A stretch of DNA of 64,000 nucleotides from Chrysomallon squamiferum (lineage: Eukaryota; Animalia; Mollusca), in assembly GCA_012295275.1 (NCBI GenBank), contig CM022665.1, forward strand, positions 14,322,001-14,386,000, written 5' to 3'. The position numbers were made by a program, and so were the translations under genes. Positions 1-12,525 of this stretch are shown one piece after another. The notes under the pieces were generated by a model. That model did not search any database. It saw nothing but the letters and a program-made list of their open reading frames with translations, and was not told the DNA's origin. Position 1 is the stretch's first letter, and every line of letters begins with the position of its first letter.

Positions 1-161
1 GGCTTGTTCCATCACAGATGAACATAAATTTAAATAAAACAACAACAACAAAAACAGCTAAATAATAATAATTTTTTTTTTTTAAAACACATGATCACTG
101 ATTTGGAATAAACTTTTGAAGCAATGCAGACTAAAATCACTTCTGTGGCTCTTTCAGGACA

Positions 162-211
162 AGGGGCCTTGAAGCTTAAGCTTCATTAGTTTCATACTAG
201 ACCCGCCCCTG
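162..211 (-). mobile_element. Terminus of a hAT-Tip100-like (Arthur1-like) DNA transposon
   Basis: Reverse complement reads CAGGGGCGGGTCTAGTATGAAACTAATGAAGCTTAAGCTTCAAGGCCCCT and includes the palindrome TGAAGCTTAAGCTTCA. It resembles the Arthur1 5' end as I recall it; not database-verified. Confidence 0.55.
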
Positions 212-1494
212 CATATATCTATGCAGGTATAGATCCGTACATGTATGTGTAATATCTATCCCTGCGTGAGTTCACACTTATTATATATAATGATCCATTC
301 TGAAATACTTTTTGTTTCTTTGTTATTAACAATCCTTTGTTTACGAATTGCAGATATATCATTGGCTATATTTCATTATCGTGTAATCATGACATTTTGG
401 CACCAGATGTTGTTAAACTGAACAGTTTTCCTGCAGAGATTAAATTAGTTTCAGTTTCAAAATGAATACTAAAAACTGCATCAGAGTTGATGCTTAGTAT
501 ACATGGATATAAGCTCGTATTGGCAGATTTGGTGTCTGCAGTTTTGGTTTCAACCTTTGGTCCGAAAATATTTTTAATACATGGTATGCTACAGTTATTC
601 TGTAGTCACTTATGATTTAAATTGGTTTCAGCAGTTATTAGCAATGTTTACAGGTGAAGTTTCAGATTATGAACACATACTGTGCATTGTGTTATTTTAT
701 ATGCATCCTGGGAAACCACAGTTTTGGGACATCCACGCCTTCTGGCATCATAATATATGCTGATAAGGCGGAGTCTACTGTATTTTCATTGTTACATTTT
801 TAGATTCCCCTCTTACTTTTAATTTAAAAAATCAAATCAAATCAAATCAAATCAAATAAATAAACAAATAATAATAATAATCCTTCAAATAGGTGTTATG
901 TTTCGAATTTAGAAGCCCTTTCTTAATCTTTGAGACATTTGGTGAAATATCCCAGTATAAAATTTCAGAAATCTGTAGCAGCCATACATTATAACTGTAA
1001 CATATTTCTTTACATTAATGACACTTTATTTCATATCAGCTTATTTTATAGGACAAATGTAAAAAATTAATAGTGGAAAAAAAATACACAGCAATGGACT
1101 TTTTACCACTAAAGTAAAAAAAAAAAAAGAAAAAAGAAAGGATGAAAGAGAAAGAATGAGATGTATGCTTCTGAATTTCGAGGCTGATTTATGTGGCTTC
1201 CAAACTGCTCAGAAGTCATCCTCTTTATAAAGTCATATTTTAACTATTAATAAGGTCATCACAGAAAAAGAAGTTGGCAACCTTACAATATTTAAAAATA
1301 CCAGTTCAGAAAAACTGGTAATAAGAAATAAGATGTGTGATTATTAATTATTTAAAATCTATTATTCATTTTCCTGGTAATATTTTAAAATACACATTAG
1401 AAAAGGATGTTATAGTAAAGAGTGCCTGAAATTAGTGTTCTAGTTTTGTGCTACTAAAATGTATATAGCATAATGTAAGTCTACCACCTTGTTA

Positions 1495-1575
1495 TGTTGA
1501 CGAGGTCACGACCCAGGTCAAAAGAAGAAGAAAAAAAAAAAAAAAAAGGAAAGACAATAATGGCGGAAGTTCTGT
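1495..1575 (+). promoter_or_regulatory. Probable FRS2 promoter/TSS region with overlapping YY1 (AATGGCGG) and ETS (CGGAAGT) motifs and two AGGTCA half-sites
   Basis: ATGGCGGAAGT at 1560-1570; AGGTCA at 1503-1508 and 1515-1520. CpGs are locally retained (~1500-2110) just before the long CpG-depleted gene body, and a strong splice donor follows. Confidence 0.6.
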
Positions 1576-1651
1576 TTGAAGTTGGTCTGATGGATGTTAG
1601 TTGAATCCAACAGTTATAGTTTATGCAGGGATTATTTGGTTAAGCAATGTG
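1550..1651 (+). other. Candidate non-coding first exon of FRS2 (start approximate)
   Basis: Ends at consensus donor TG|GTAAGT (GT at 1652-1653) just downstream of the YY1/ETS motif. Contains a 14-codon uORF at 1560-1604. Confidence 0.55.
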
Positions 1652-4600
1652 GTAAGTATATGGGCATGGATATGTTCTATTTTCTTTGCAGACGATAACC
1701 GTTATAATAATTGTAAGAGGCCATGTTTTAGGATTTGCTAGTTGTACGTTGATCGTATTCAGTCACTCAGTGTATTTACCACTACTGACTCAGTTGAGTG
1801 CAGAGTGCAGCTCATTGATGTAAATACACACATTAATACGTGACTTGTTATATTAATATGTATCATTGATGACACTGGAAATTAATAATGAATTCCTGAT
1901 CATATTTATAGAAAAAATTGTATTCTTGACCAAGCTGATAATAAACTTGATCGTTCTATTAATTAATGCTAGTGCATTAACAAATCAGAAACTGTAAGTG
2001 AACAAATCTTTTACAATTAATAAGACTTCGTACCATTTCGCCAGTTGATACAGGGTATGATATTTATTTGTGACAAATCTTGTCCCATATGGTGTGTTCT
2101 TGAACCGATAAACCTTACCATTAATCATTGTAGGAGCAGTGGTACTGGCAGTGGTAGTCAAGTTGAATTTTAATTTTATGTGTTTCTGGTTTTGCTTGTT
2201 GTGGATCTGTTTATTGTGTATATTTTTATTTTCACTTCAACATATTTTCTAGAGCCTACAGAAACAAATTTAAGTTTATGCTAGACCTTAAACTATATTT
2301 CTAGTCCTGTTTGTTAAATTGTAAACAACAAACCATGTTATGGATGCAGTAAAGTATTATAAACATGCCATATTTTCTTTGATTTAGCATTATAACAATG
2401 ACATTGAAATATTTTTACTTTTATGCAGTACTCATTCAAATGTTTTCCTATGATATTACTGCTTATAAGTATCAAGATAAAATACACCTAAGCACTTTCA
2501 TGAAATTAACCAACAGTCATGACTGATGTTACACTGGCTTCAACAAGAAATGACCAAAATATTCACAGTGAGTCAAGTCAAACCATATCTCCTTTTTCAT
2601 CATCAACAACCATGCACTGCATTTAATGTGGTTAAACTTGAAATATGATCTTAATAACCTGGAGCATGATAAACCTTAAGGTAAAAAATTAGAAAGCAGA
2701 AGACTTTGGAAATGTTCTCCATTGCCAGTGCAGTTGTGAAAGAGGAAAATGTTTTGCCTTGTATGTGTGTATTGTGAAAGCAGTATACAAAAACATAAAG
2801 AACTGGAGCCAAACTTGAAAGACAGATTTTAAAAACATCTCACCATATAGTTACACATTTTCAGATAGAGAAAAGTAGGATCCTGAAGATGAAAATATTC
2901 AAATACTTTTGTAAATGAAGGCCTGTGTAACAAAGCCATTTGTCCTAGCTAAACTAGTAAAATAGTCATGAAAACTATTAACATGTCTGACATGTAGATG
3001 TATTAATATTTTGAAGATGGTTACATTGGTCATCCATTAAAATAATCATATAGGACGACAGAGACTGCCATTACTACAGAGAATAATGGAACACATTTAA
3101 CATACTGGAGATAAATGTCCCATATTGAAAGCATTCTGTCAAGGGATGGCACAGCCTTCTGAAGAGCTTTATCCAATGGTCATCCTACAGTCTGGCTTTC
3201 AGAAAGCAAATGTCAAACTGTTCAATGAAACTGGTAGGAAAACATGAATGAAACATGGGTGAAATGTGTATACTTGGACTCCAATGTCATTTACTGTTAA
3301 TGTTTTGTTTAAACTAAACTTTTCTTATTTGGTAGTGCACAGATGACTTTACTCAAAAGAACAACCATGAATGTATTTAATAATAACAATGGATCAGCAA
3401 TTTTTGTTTTATTTGTCTTTCTTATTATTGTTTTCAGTCATTTTAGAGTTTAAGTAAAGTTCAAGAAATAAAACTCATAACCACTTTTATTATCAGAATT
3501 GTCAAAGAATTTGTTCAAACTGTTATGCACTACTTTTTGTTGGCATGTAACGAAGTAATTTATATAATATTTAAATTGCTATTAAAATGAGTATATGTTG
3601 ATCCTTTAGTAGACATTTGTTTCTTAACAATAGGTTAGTTAATTGTTAAACAAACCAGTAGTTTTCTTTGGATGTTACAGTCTTAAAGGGAGGCTGTTTG
3701 CATTCATGTAGGGAACAGTTAATTTCATGATTTACAGAATATAGATAGCATCTTTTCTTCCATAAATTGGAGAAAATATAAATGAGTAAATAGATATAGT
3801 TGGCTAGATAGTATTAGTAATGGATAATTTGTGTGCTGTTGACACAGACTGTGACACAGTGTCTGTAGACAGAACAGAGTGGGCATCAACAACAAAGTGC
3901 ACGAGAGAGAGGAGAATATGAAAAAACACATATGGACACCTAGTCACTAATTTTGAATCATTTATTAAAAAACTGAACTGGAATTTTTTGACTACTTTAT
4001 TTTCATGGTTAACCAAAATTATTTTCAAATATCCATTTGATTCATATATTGATTTTAGGCAGTATAAAAACAATGTATTTAAAATATCCCAAATTTAAAT
4101 TTTTAAACTATTTTTTTTATGGCTATTATACAGCCTGTCATCTGCTCATTAATATGCAGAGGCAAAAAGGATGTTGACCACTGACACAGGTGGTTAAATT
4201 ATAATGCTTACATTGCCATCCCTAAGCCTATAGTCATATATGATCAGACCTCTAATTGTATAACACACACTGTTTTTTCAGGAAAAAACTCAAATGCAGT
4301 TATTACATTTTTCATTTGCTAATTATGATTGACTTTTACCCTGCAGAATGAGAAGAGGGATAATTACATTAAGAAATCAATAGCTAAATAATAGCCGAAT
4401 GTAAGACTTGTCCCTATAGACATGTCACATTTTTGTTTAGTTTATCTATTGGTCTTAACTGAATTTGTTTATCAAAATATAAATAATTAGGCCTGGAAAT
4501 TGGACTTCATCTTACAGGAATTGGTACAATCTGCTTACACTGCTTAATTCTTCATCCTATGAGATCAAGTTCTTTCCAGCTGTAACTTATGAAACTTGCA

Positions 4601-5521
4601 AATTTGGTTTAGTTCCATATGGCCATATATATTGGAACAGTGTGGCACAGTAAAACATAAATAAAATATAATGATTGTCAAAAAGTATATCATAAATCTT
4701 TATTTGTTAATGAATGGTGACAAAAAATTACATGTGCAAATGATTGTGTTCCTGGCAGATAGTAATATGGGTGTAATTTAGGTATTTGTATGTGTTCATT
4801 TAATGTTTTAAATGATAATTGTTAAAAATAATTTTAGAGGGATAGGAGAGAGGGTAATAATGATGATATAAAGAGAAAAAAAAAAAAAAAAAAAAAAATC
4901 TTCCACTTCTTTGTCTTTGCCCTTTAATATAATTAATTTTAAAAAAATGAAAAAAGCACTAATGCTTGTAAAGGCACATAGATACACATGTGTACTATTA
5001 TGTAGTTACATACTGAGTGAAAAAGGGTAGGGGGAGTAGACAAATGGTGAGAAAAAATTGATGACAGAGACTTTATTAAGTAATAATCATTTGATATATA
5101 AAATAATTCGAAAATATTTTGCATAATCAATGTGTATTAAAATATTTGGCATGTTCCTTAGAACACCGACCTTTTATAGTCAGTAGCATGTGATCTGGAG
5201 TGACTTTTGAATGTCATATTTAAATGTCACAGGTACTACATGTCACCATAGATGAATTGCTTTTAGTCTGCGTTGATTTAATACAGGACGTTCATAATTG
5301 GTTGATAGGTTGTCCCTCATGGAAAGGTCAATATTTCTATACTGGACACTAAAGATAAATTTAAACTATAACATAAATAGAGGCCATGCTTCCTTCACAA
5401 CATCAACAACAACAACAACAACAACAAAAAAAAAAAATAAAAATAAAATATAATAAATAAAGTAATGAAAGTACAGTGAATATTACTATTAATAATCAGA
5501 TAAATGTTGTTTTAGAGACAG

Positions 5522-5552
<31 letters not shown>

Positions 5553-5823
5553 CATCACTTTTATACCAGTGCTGCTATTTTGGCTATAAAAGCTGAGAAT
5601 AGCTGGATAAAAATTAAAAAGATCAGAATTGAAAAAAGAGAGACTTCAGCTACTAATTTTGAAGGAATGCAAAAATAGCTTCAGAAAAGACTTTTATTGA
5701 TTTACTCTCTCGTAAAAATGTATTTCAGGAACATAAAATTCTGCTAAAGCGTTCCCAGTTTGAAGTGTTTTTAGTTGCTAGCTTTTTTTTTCCATTCAAA
5801 ATTATTCTGTTACAAACAATTTC

Positions 5824-5858
<35 letters not shown>

Positions 5859-6718
5859 TCACTCATTGGTGACCCTGTTTATGAATATAATCTGTTCCAG
5901 AATCAGATTTGTTATCTCAGTTGTTTGAATAATTAAAATACATGTAAATAGAGTTTGTTTGTTGCAGGCTCCTACTAAACTTGGTATAAAAGTATATTAA
6001 AATCGAAAATATATCTTTGTGTATGGTTGAAATTATAGGTTTTACCATTTCATACTTGGCACTAAGCTTGCTCACACTTATTCCTTGTTAATGTTTGAAA
6101 TGGTTTTTTGCTTATTTAGAGTAATAATTGACTTTCTAGCTCCATTTTTGCCAATCCATGATTAAAACATAGAATAGTTATTCATTCATTCATTCGTTTT
6201 AAATATGTAATTCTTGTCTTTTTCAGAGAACATTAATATTAAAATTTTACAACTAGTTTAGGTTCATTTGACTTTTTTTATTTAATTATCTACATATTTT
6301 GTTCCATACTGGAGTAAGAATGAAATTAATTAATAATTCATTATTTCTGAAATTTATTACTTTCACGTAGGCTGTATACCTGATACTTGTGTTTCTGGCT
6401 TTGGAAAGATGCCTATAATTGGTTCTAGCAGTAATTTGTCCAAAGTGCAGCAGAGAATTTCATCTTTTAAATCACAAACAATATAAAGTGTAGAGGTAAC
6501 ATAAAATTCATTTTGAACAGTTCTCTTTGAAATGTGCTTTTCTTTACACCAATATTTGATGGTAATAAACTGTTAAGTACAATCAAAGAAGATGTGTTTT
6601 CCCTTTTATAGTCATGCCATTTTAAACATTGGCATGGGAGTTTTTTGGTTTATTTTCTGTAAAATAATAATAATAAATCTTTGAAGAAGGATAAATAATT
6701 ACAGAAGTGATCTATTCT

Positions 6719-6759
<41 letters not shown>

Positions 6760-7551
6760 AATTAAATTTTTAGTTAAAAATAAACATTTATTGTTATTAT
6801 TATAGATTTTTGTAAGAACAACACACTGCCATAATAGAGAAGAAAAGAGAAAAACATCAGAATCTATGCTCTGTTACAGTATTGTTATAATCTGTATTTA
6901 TCAAAGGTTGATCTTGAAACAAAACAATAACAGCATGTGTTTAAGCTGTTTGTTCACACCATACATTTTAAAACAAATACTCATTTGTGTTCATAGGGTC
7001 TTTGTGGTGTTATTCTAATGTTCAAAACCATATCAGTTGATAAATCACACCCAAGAAACAAATAATAATAATAATAAAAAAAAAATCTTCAAAAAACACC
7101 TCACTTTTGAAAACAGACTGAAACAGCAAAAATAAACACCTTCAACAAATTATAATATTAATAAACAAAGAAATACAGAAATTATTCTTTGTAACTGTTA
7201 TTTAATTGTTATTATTATGTTTTGACAGTAATAAGTTTTATCATTAATCTCCAAGCCTTGGTCTTCATTTTAAGTAATTACTCTGCCAGTAATTTATTGC
7301 AGTCTGTTCATGATGTGTTATTAATCTCACACACATGAACGTGATAGAATTAAATTCTGTGGCTGAAGCAGTTGCTTTGAGCTGTGGAGAAACCTACAGC
7401 TTTATAAATCAGCTCTTCAAAGATATACATGTTTCTAATTACAATACATTTAACTGTTTATTATTTTAGCTGTTGCAGTCAGTGTATACAAAATGTACTT
7501 GTTAATCCTTTAATGTCTTTCTGTTTGTATCATTTTTCTTCTTTCTTACAG

Positions 7552-7729
7552 ATTGAGGTTCCTGGGTTGGGCAGTGTGAAAAGAAAAGAAAATTTTTCTC
7601 ATACAAGAACTCTTTTGTGTAAGACAATGTAGCTGTGTTATGTTTGAAGGAATGGTTCTCATGGAGATTTATACTTGGTTATTACTACAATTTGGGATGT
7701 AGTTACATGGAAAGAGGTTGGTTACTGAG
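7552..7729 (+). other. Candidate internal 5'UTR exon of FRS2 (178 nt)
   Basis: Long polypyrimidine tract ttttcttctttcttacAG (AG 7550-7551) and strong donor GAG|GTAAGC (GT 7730-7731). More G-rich than the flanking intron. Confidence 0.6.
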
Positions 7730-9604
7730 GTAAGCATAGTGTACATTGTTTTATGAAATTTTTTACAATGAAGCACGTTTTATGTACATATGTCATTGTG
7801 GGATATAGGTATTTATGGATGTATGGATAGGTTTATGTGTTTTTATAATTTGTGGAAATATGTTAATATATTTTGTTGCTGCTCTTCAGTTTGTATGTAA
7901 AAGATAGATATTTATTTTTACAGATTTGAGGTGTTTATCACTGACCAACACTCCACAACTGTTCACCAATTTATTCATAAATATTAAACATTTTATAAAT
8001 AAATACTGAAGACTAAATGTATTCTTGTTTGTATATATATATATATTTAAAAACTGCTCTTCAAAAAAAGGAAAAACAAGAAGAAAAAAAAAACCCCAAG
8101 ACACTAGCAAAACAAAGTAATTTATTTAACAGTTTAAAATGCTTGTAAAGGACATCTTGCTCCTGATAGTTGTGTATGTGGTGGATTTGTGTTTAGTCTT
8201 TTATAATCTTATCAGTGTGTTTTATTTGTCATGATGTACAAGTGACATCTGTAAGCTAGGTTTTTCAGAATTTATAAAAACACACTTGCGAGTCATCTAT
8301 ATTTAAAATGTACTTTGAAAATCACATTTTTAAATTCATCTCAGATTTGATCGTCTACTGCAAAAAAAAAAAAAAAAAAAAAAAAAGTAAAAGTAAAATA
8401 AATTTATTTTAATGACATTAATAAAATAAAGATTGCACTTTTTCTAGAGCTACACAGTTAAAATATATTGATCAGAAATTTATGTCCAACATTTAGAAAT
8501 ATGAAACGGTTGTTTTTATTTATTTTTAAAGTCTCTCTTCATGAAGAATAGCAGTCATAATAAAAAGATAATACATTTTACAGACTGTGTTTATTAATAT
8601 CATAAAAAAGAATTAAAATAATAATGATAATAATAATAAAATACTATAACAATGCAACAGATGTTGACTTCTTTCTTTTTTTCCTTTTAAATAAAATTTT
8701 ACATAATATGAATGTTTTAATGTTAATATTATTAAAAGTGACCATCTTTAAAACTTTTGAAGAAATTTTTAAATATTGTAACATTATTTTTCTGTTATGC
8801 AGAATTGATCACTGTGCATATAATGTATTGATACAGGTATAAACTGTTACATCTAGGTCAGACAGGTAGACTGTTGACTTGTAAAGCAGAGTACAGTTAG
8901 GTCAGACATCTTGAAAGTGTGAACGAAATTAGAATGTTTATTTTTATTGTGATATTCACATTATAAAAATGAAAAAAGTTATTTTGATTTGGTATATGCT
9001 GCATTTTCAAAGAAAATAAATTGAAAAATAAAACTGAATTTTTTAATTTTTTATTAAAGTTTGTCAAATTTTGTATGGAAGAAAAATTAATCAAATAACA
9101 AAATTTATACATGTTAAGTCACAATAAACACACATATCCAGATACATGTATTTATACAGATGTATGTGTATGATAAAAAGATAATATATATATTTATGCA
9201 CATACATAATTACACACACACAAAATATATGACAGAATCAAGCAATCAGGCTTACACTGTTTGTCATGATTGTTTGAAAATCTGCTTAGGATTCTTGCCA
9301 GAAAAATAATTGGATAACAGAAATAATTATGTTTTCTACATGGGAACCATATGCATTAGGGGTGAAAAAAACCACACATATACACATTTACATTCTTAAA
9401 ACTGATAACAGTTTTGAAACAGTATATCTAATACTTACTTCTATTCATTTCAGTATTTTTATGTTCAATTTATGATTTTTAAAACATGTCCTAAAGGCAC
9501 TAAATAATTAAAAACCATATCAAAATTTTAAAATCTGATTTCCTTGGATGATTATTAGAATGTTTTGTGAGTGTGTACTGTATACAGATTTATACTGACA
9601 GATG

Positions 9605-9830
9605 ATTTTTAAATATACCCAAGCATCTCGTATAATCTTTAGTAGTTAAAACATACTGAATCATTTTGCACAGATATATTTAAAATCTACTCAGTTGTCT
9701 AGTACTCTCTACTGTAGTTAAAATATACCCAGTCATCTTGTACATAATTATATATTTAAAATGTACTCATTTATTTTGTACAGTTGCATTTAAAATACAC
9801 CAAACCAGCTTAATATTCACAATATTTAAA
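9605..9830. repeat. Old degenerate ~35-bp tandem repeat
   Basis: TTAAAA(Y)RTAC(Y)CAG..ATYTTGTAC recurs about 6 times. Confidence 0.6.
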
Positions 9831-10814
9831 TCAGTCAGCTGTACATAGGTTGTTGTTGGGAAAGCATGTCAAACACAGGCACTGGCCTTCACAGTGGATC
9901 AATATGATGAAGACAACACATTGATTAGTTTGTTTTCATGTCAGATGTTGCAAGAGCCAAGAAGACTGTTTTGAAGATGTCATCACTATTGATTGTTTTC
10001 TCTACACAGGGATACAGTGTAAGCTGGTGGCCTGTATTTCTTTTGTTTATCACTCTATAGACTGAAGTTTAAATTGAAGACAATTTACATATTTTATTGC
10101 TATGCATTTGTTTATGCTGTTTGTAGTAACTAAAATAACTTGTTTAGATACCCAAATTTAACCCTCTTAAAATTTAGATACATGTTATCATCTTTTTTTA
10201 GATAGTGTTGAATTGTGTTGCAGTGTAAATTCTTTGTTACAGTTTGTCACAATGTAAATACTATGTTATAGGTGTCAGAATTTGAAAATCCTTTACTAGT
10301 TGAATTGTTTCCTTATATTGTGTTCATTTAAATGCCAAAGTATACTGCCCTATATGATATTGTGTTACTCTATTCTTTGTTAACATCTAGAATGCAGTGT
10401 TAATTCCTTTTACTATTTAAGTACAATTTGACAGTGTCATTGTTTACATATTTTGTTAAATATGTTACATTAAATACTGTGCTATTAATACACTATTGCA
10501 GCTTAAATGCAGCTTATAAAATATACTGCAGTAAACATTTTTGAGTATCATAGGTGTTATTATATTATAAATATGGTGTTATAGCTGTTGCTGTTTAACT
10601 GTAATGTTAAGATTGTTTTGTCATATCAGTTGTTAAATGCTAAGTTATCACTTGTTAGTTTAACATTTTATAATACCTATTTCCATTTACATGCATTGTT
10701 ATTGTCAGCTTAATGTCAGTCTCTAACTTACCTGTATCTGCCTCAGTCTTGTTAGGCAACAGAATTCAGTTGTATTTAAGGTTTTACAGATCTGTTGACT
10801 GTCCAATGTTCCCT

Positions 10815-10930
10815 GTGATTACAGCATATCATAGTATGTACTTTTTGTCCAAAGGAAGGTGTGTATGAAATACTCATTAATAAGAATAACCCCTGGAGTG
10901 GTAGCTGTGGATTTCCTCCATCATATATCA
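10815..10930 (+). mobile_element. Highly degenerate SINE fragment in FRS2 intron
   Basis: AGAATAACCCCTGGAGTGGTAGCTGTGGATTTCCTC resembles the 3' body of the same recalled family in + orientation. Confidence 0.3.
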
Positions 10931-11911
10931 TCTTTTGAAAAAAACAGGGAAAAAAAGAAGAAATTCGAATAAAAACAATTTAAAAAAATAAATAAACAAA
11001 CTTTTTGGCACTAAATAATAAAATTACGTGCATGAAATAAATGTTCATTCCTTTGTTTATTTATATGCAGTCTTATAGCATATAACTATTTGTTGCCTGC
11101 TGAAGTTGAAGGGGGAAAATATACCCCAAAAACAAACAACAACAAAAAAACAAAACAAAAACAAACAACTACTTTATAATTCAGTAACAGTTTAAGAACC
11201 ACTGGTTCTTTTTGCAACTCCAATAAGTTTATATTTTTCATTTTATAATATATAAGTCTAAATGTTACAGCCTTTACTGTTTAAATACCATGTATTAATG
11301 GTTTAAAAACCATGCAGTTGCCATTTAAATATCACCGAAAGGCCATATTAAAATTTTAACAAGTGCAAAGTGTAAATATAAGAGACAGCCTAAGTACAAA
11401 GAGAATGTGATGGACAGTTTTACTGAGAGACAAGTCCTCATTGATTCATAGTCTTGCTGCCAACACAGTGATATTTATAGAAATTGGATGAGTTAAATAT
11501 AGATTGCTTTTTTTTTGGAGTGTTTGTGACTTTGTTAGTTGTCCCTGATTTGGAAATAATCTTTTTTGTGTGGAATTGTTATATTCTGATTGCAAGGTAT
11601 GTGCTAAAGAGGTGTGTTGGCTTAATATTGTTAATAGTTTTTGTGTAAGTGTTTGTGAAGTCTGTATTAAGAATATTATGTTATTTCTTGATTGTTACTG
11701 GAATATAGTTACTGTGAAAGGGTATTAAAAATGCAAAGTGTTACTGTTCCATAAGTGCAGAATGTATTTAAAAGCATTATTTATTACAGAGCAAAAAAAA
11801 TATTAAGAAAACAACAACCCCAAAACCACACTTGACATATATATTTCGTGGATTCAAATGAATGAAACATACATTTAAGTATGCATGCCCACTTGCACAA
11901 CTGCATATATA

Positions 11912-11947
<36 letters not shown>

Positions 11948-12478
11948 GTTCATGTGTATATGTGTGTCCTAAATTTATATTAATACATGTTTTATGTCTG
12001 TATGTATGTATTCATATTTTAATTTTTTCATCCTTATTTTATACTTTACATTTATTCTGAATTATACATTTTGTGTTTCATATCTGCCATATATTTCTGC
12101 AGTTTAGTGTGTATTTATGAATTATTATTAAGCTTACATTATTAATGTACATCAGTAGCTGGTGATCTGTGATTACTCAGGATCGATTCATTCTGTAGGT
12201 TGTTTTCTGTTTTAAACAGTGCTTGATTTATCCAAGGCTGTGATTTATGATTTGCTGATTTAAAAAGACAGCCGGTTTCATATCTGTTGTTTTAACTCAA
12301 ATGTTGTATGGTTATATCTTAAATAAGTTTACTGTTAAATAACATTTCTTCCTACATTTTAGTATTAATGAATACAGTAACATACTAATCTGTTATTTAA
12401 GATTGTTTGAGATAAATCCTATAAAATGTTGCTATAACCTTACTGTTGTTATTATTATTTATTTGCTTTATTTTCCAG

Positions 12479-12525
12479 AACATACAACTTGGATAATCAG
12501 AAGATGACAATAGTAATGACATTTG
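12479..12525 (+). other. Possible small 5'UTR cassette exon (47 nt)
   Basis: Acceptor tttattttccAG (12477-12478) and donor TTG|GTAATT (12526-12527). Supported by splice signals only. Confidence 0.3.

Noticed and set aside
9945-10018. Another possible UTR exon ending at GT|GTAAGC
   Set aside because: Acceptor choice is ambiguous (9944 or 10009) and the signals are too weak to call.
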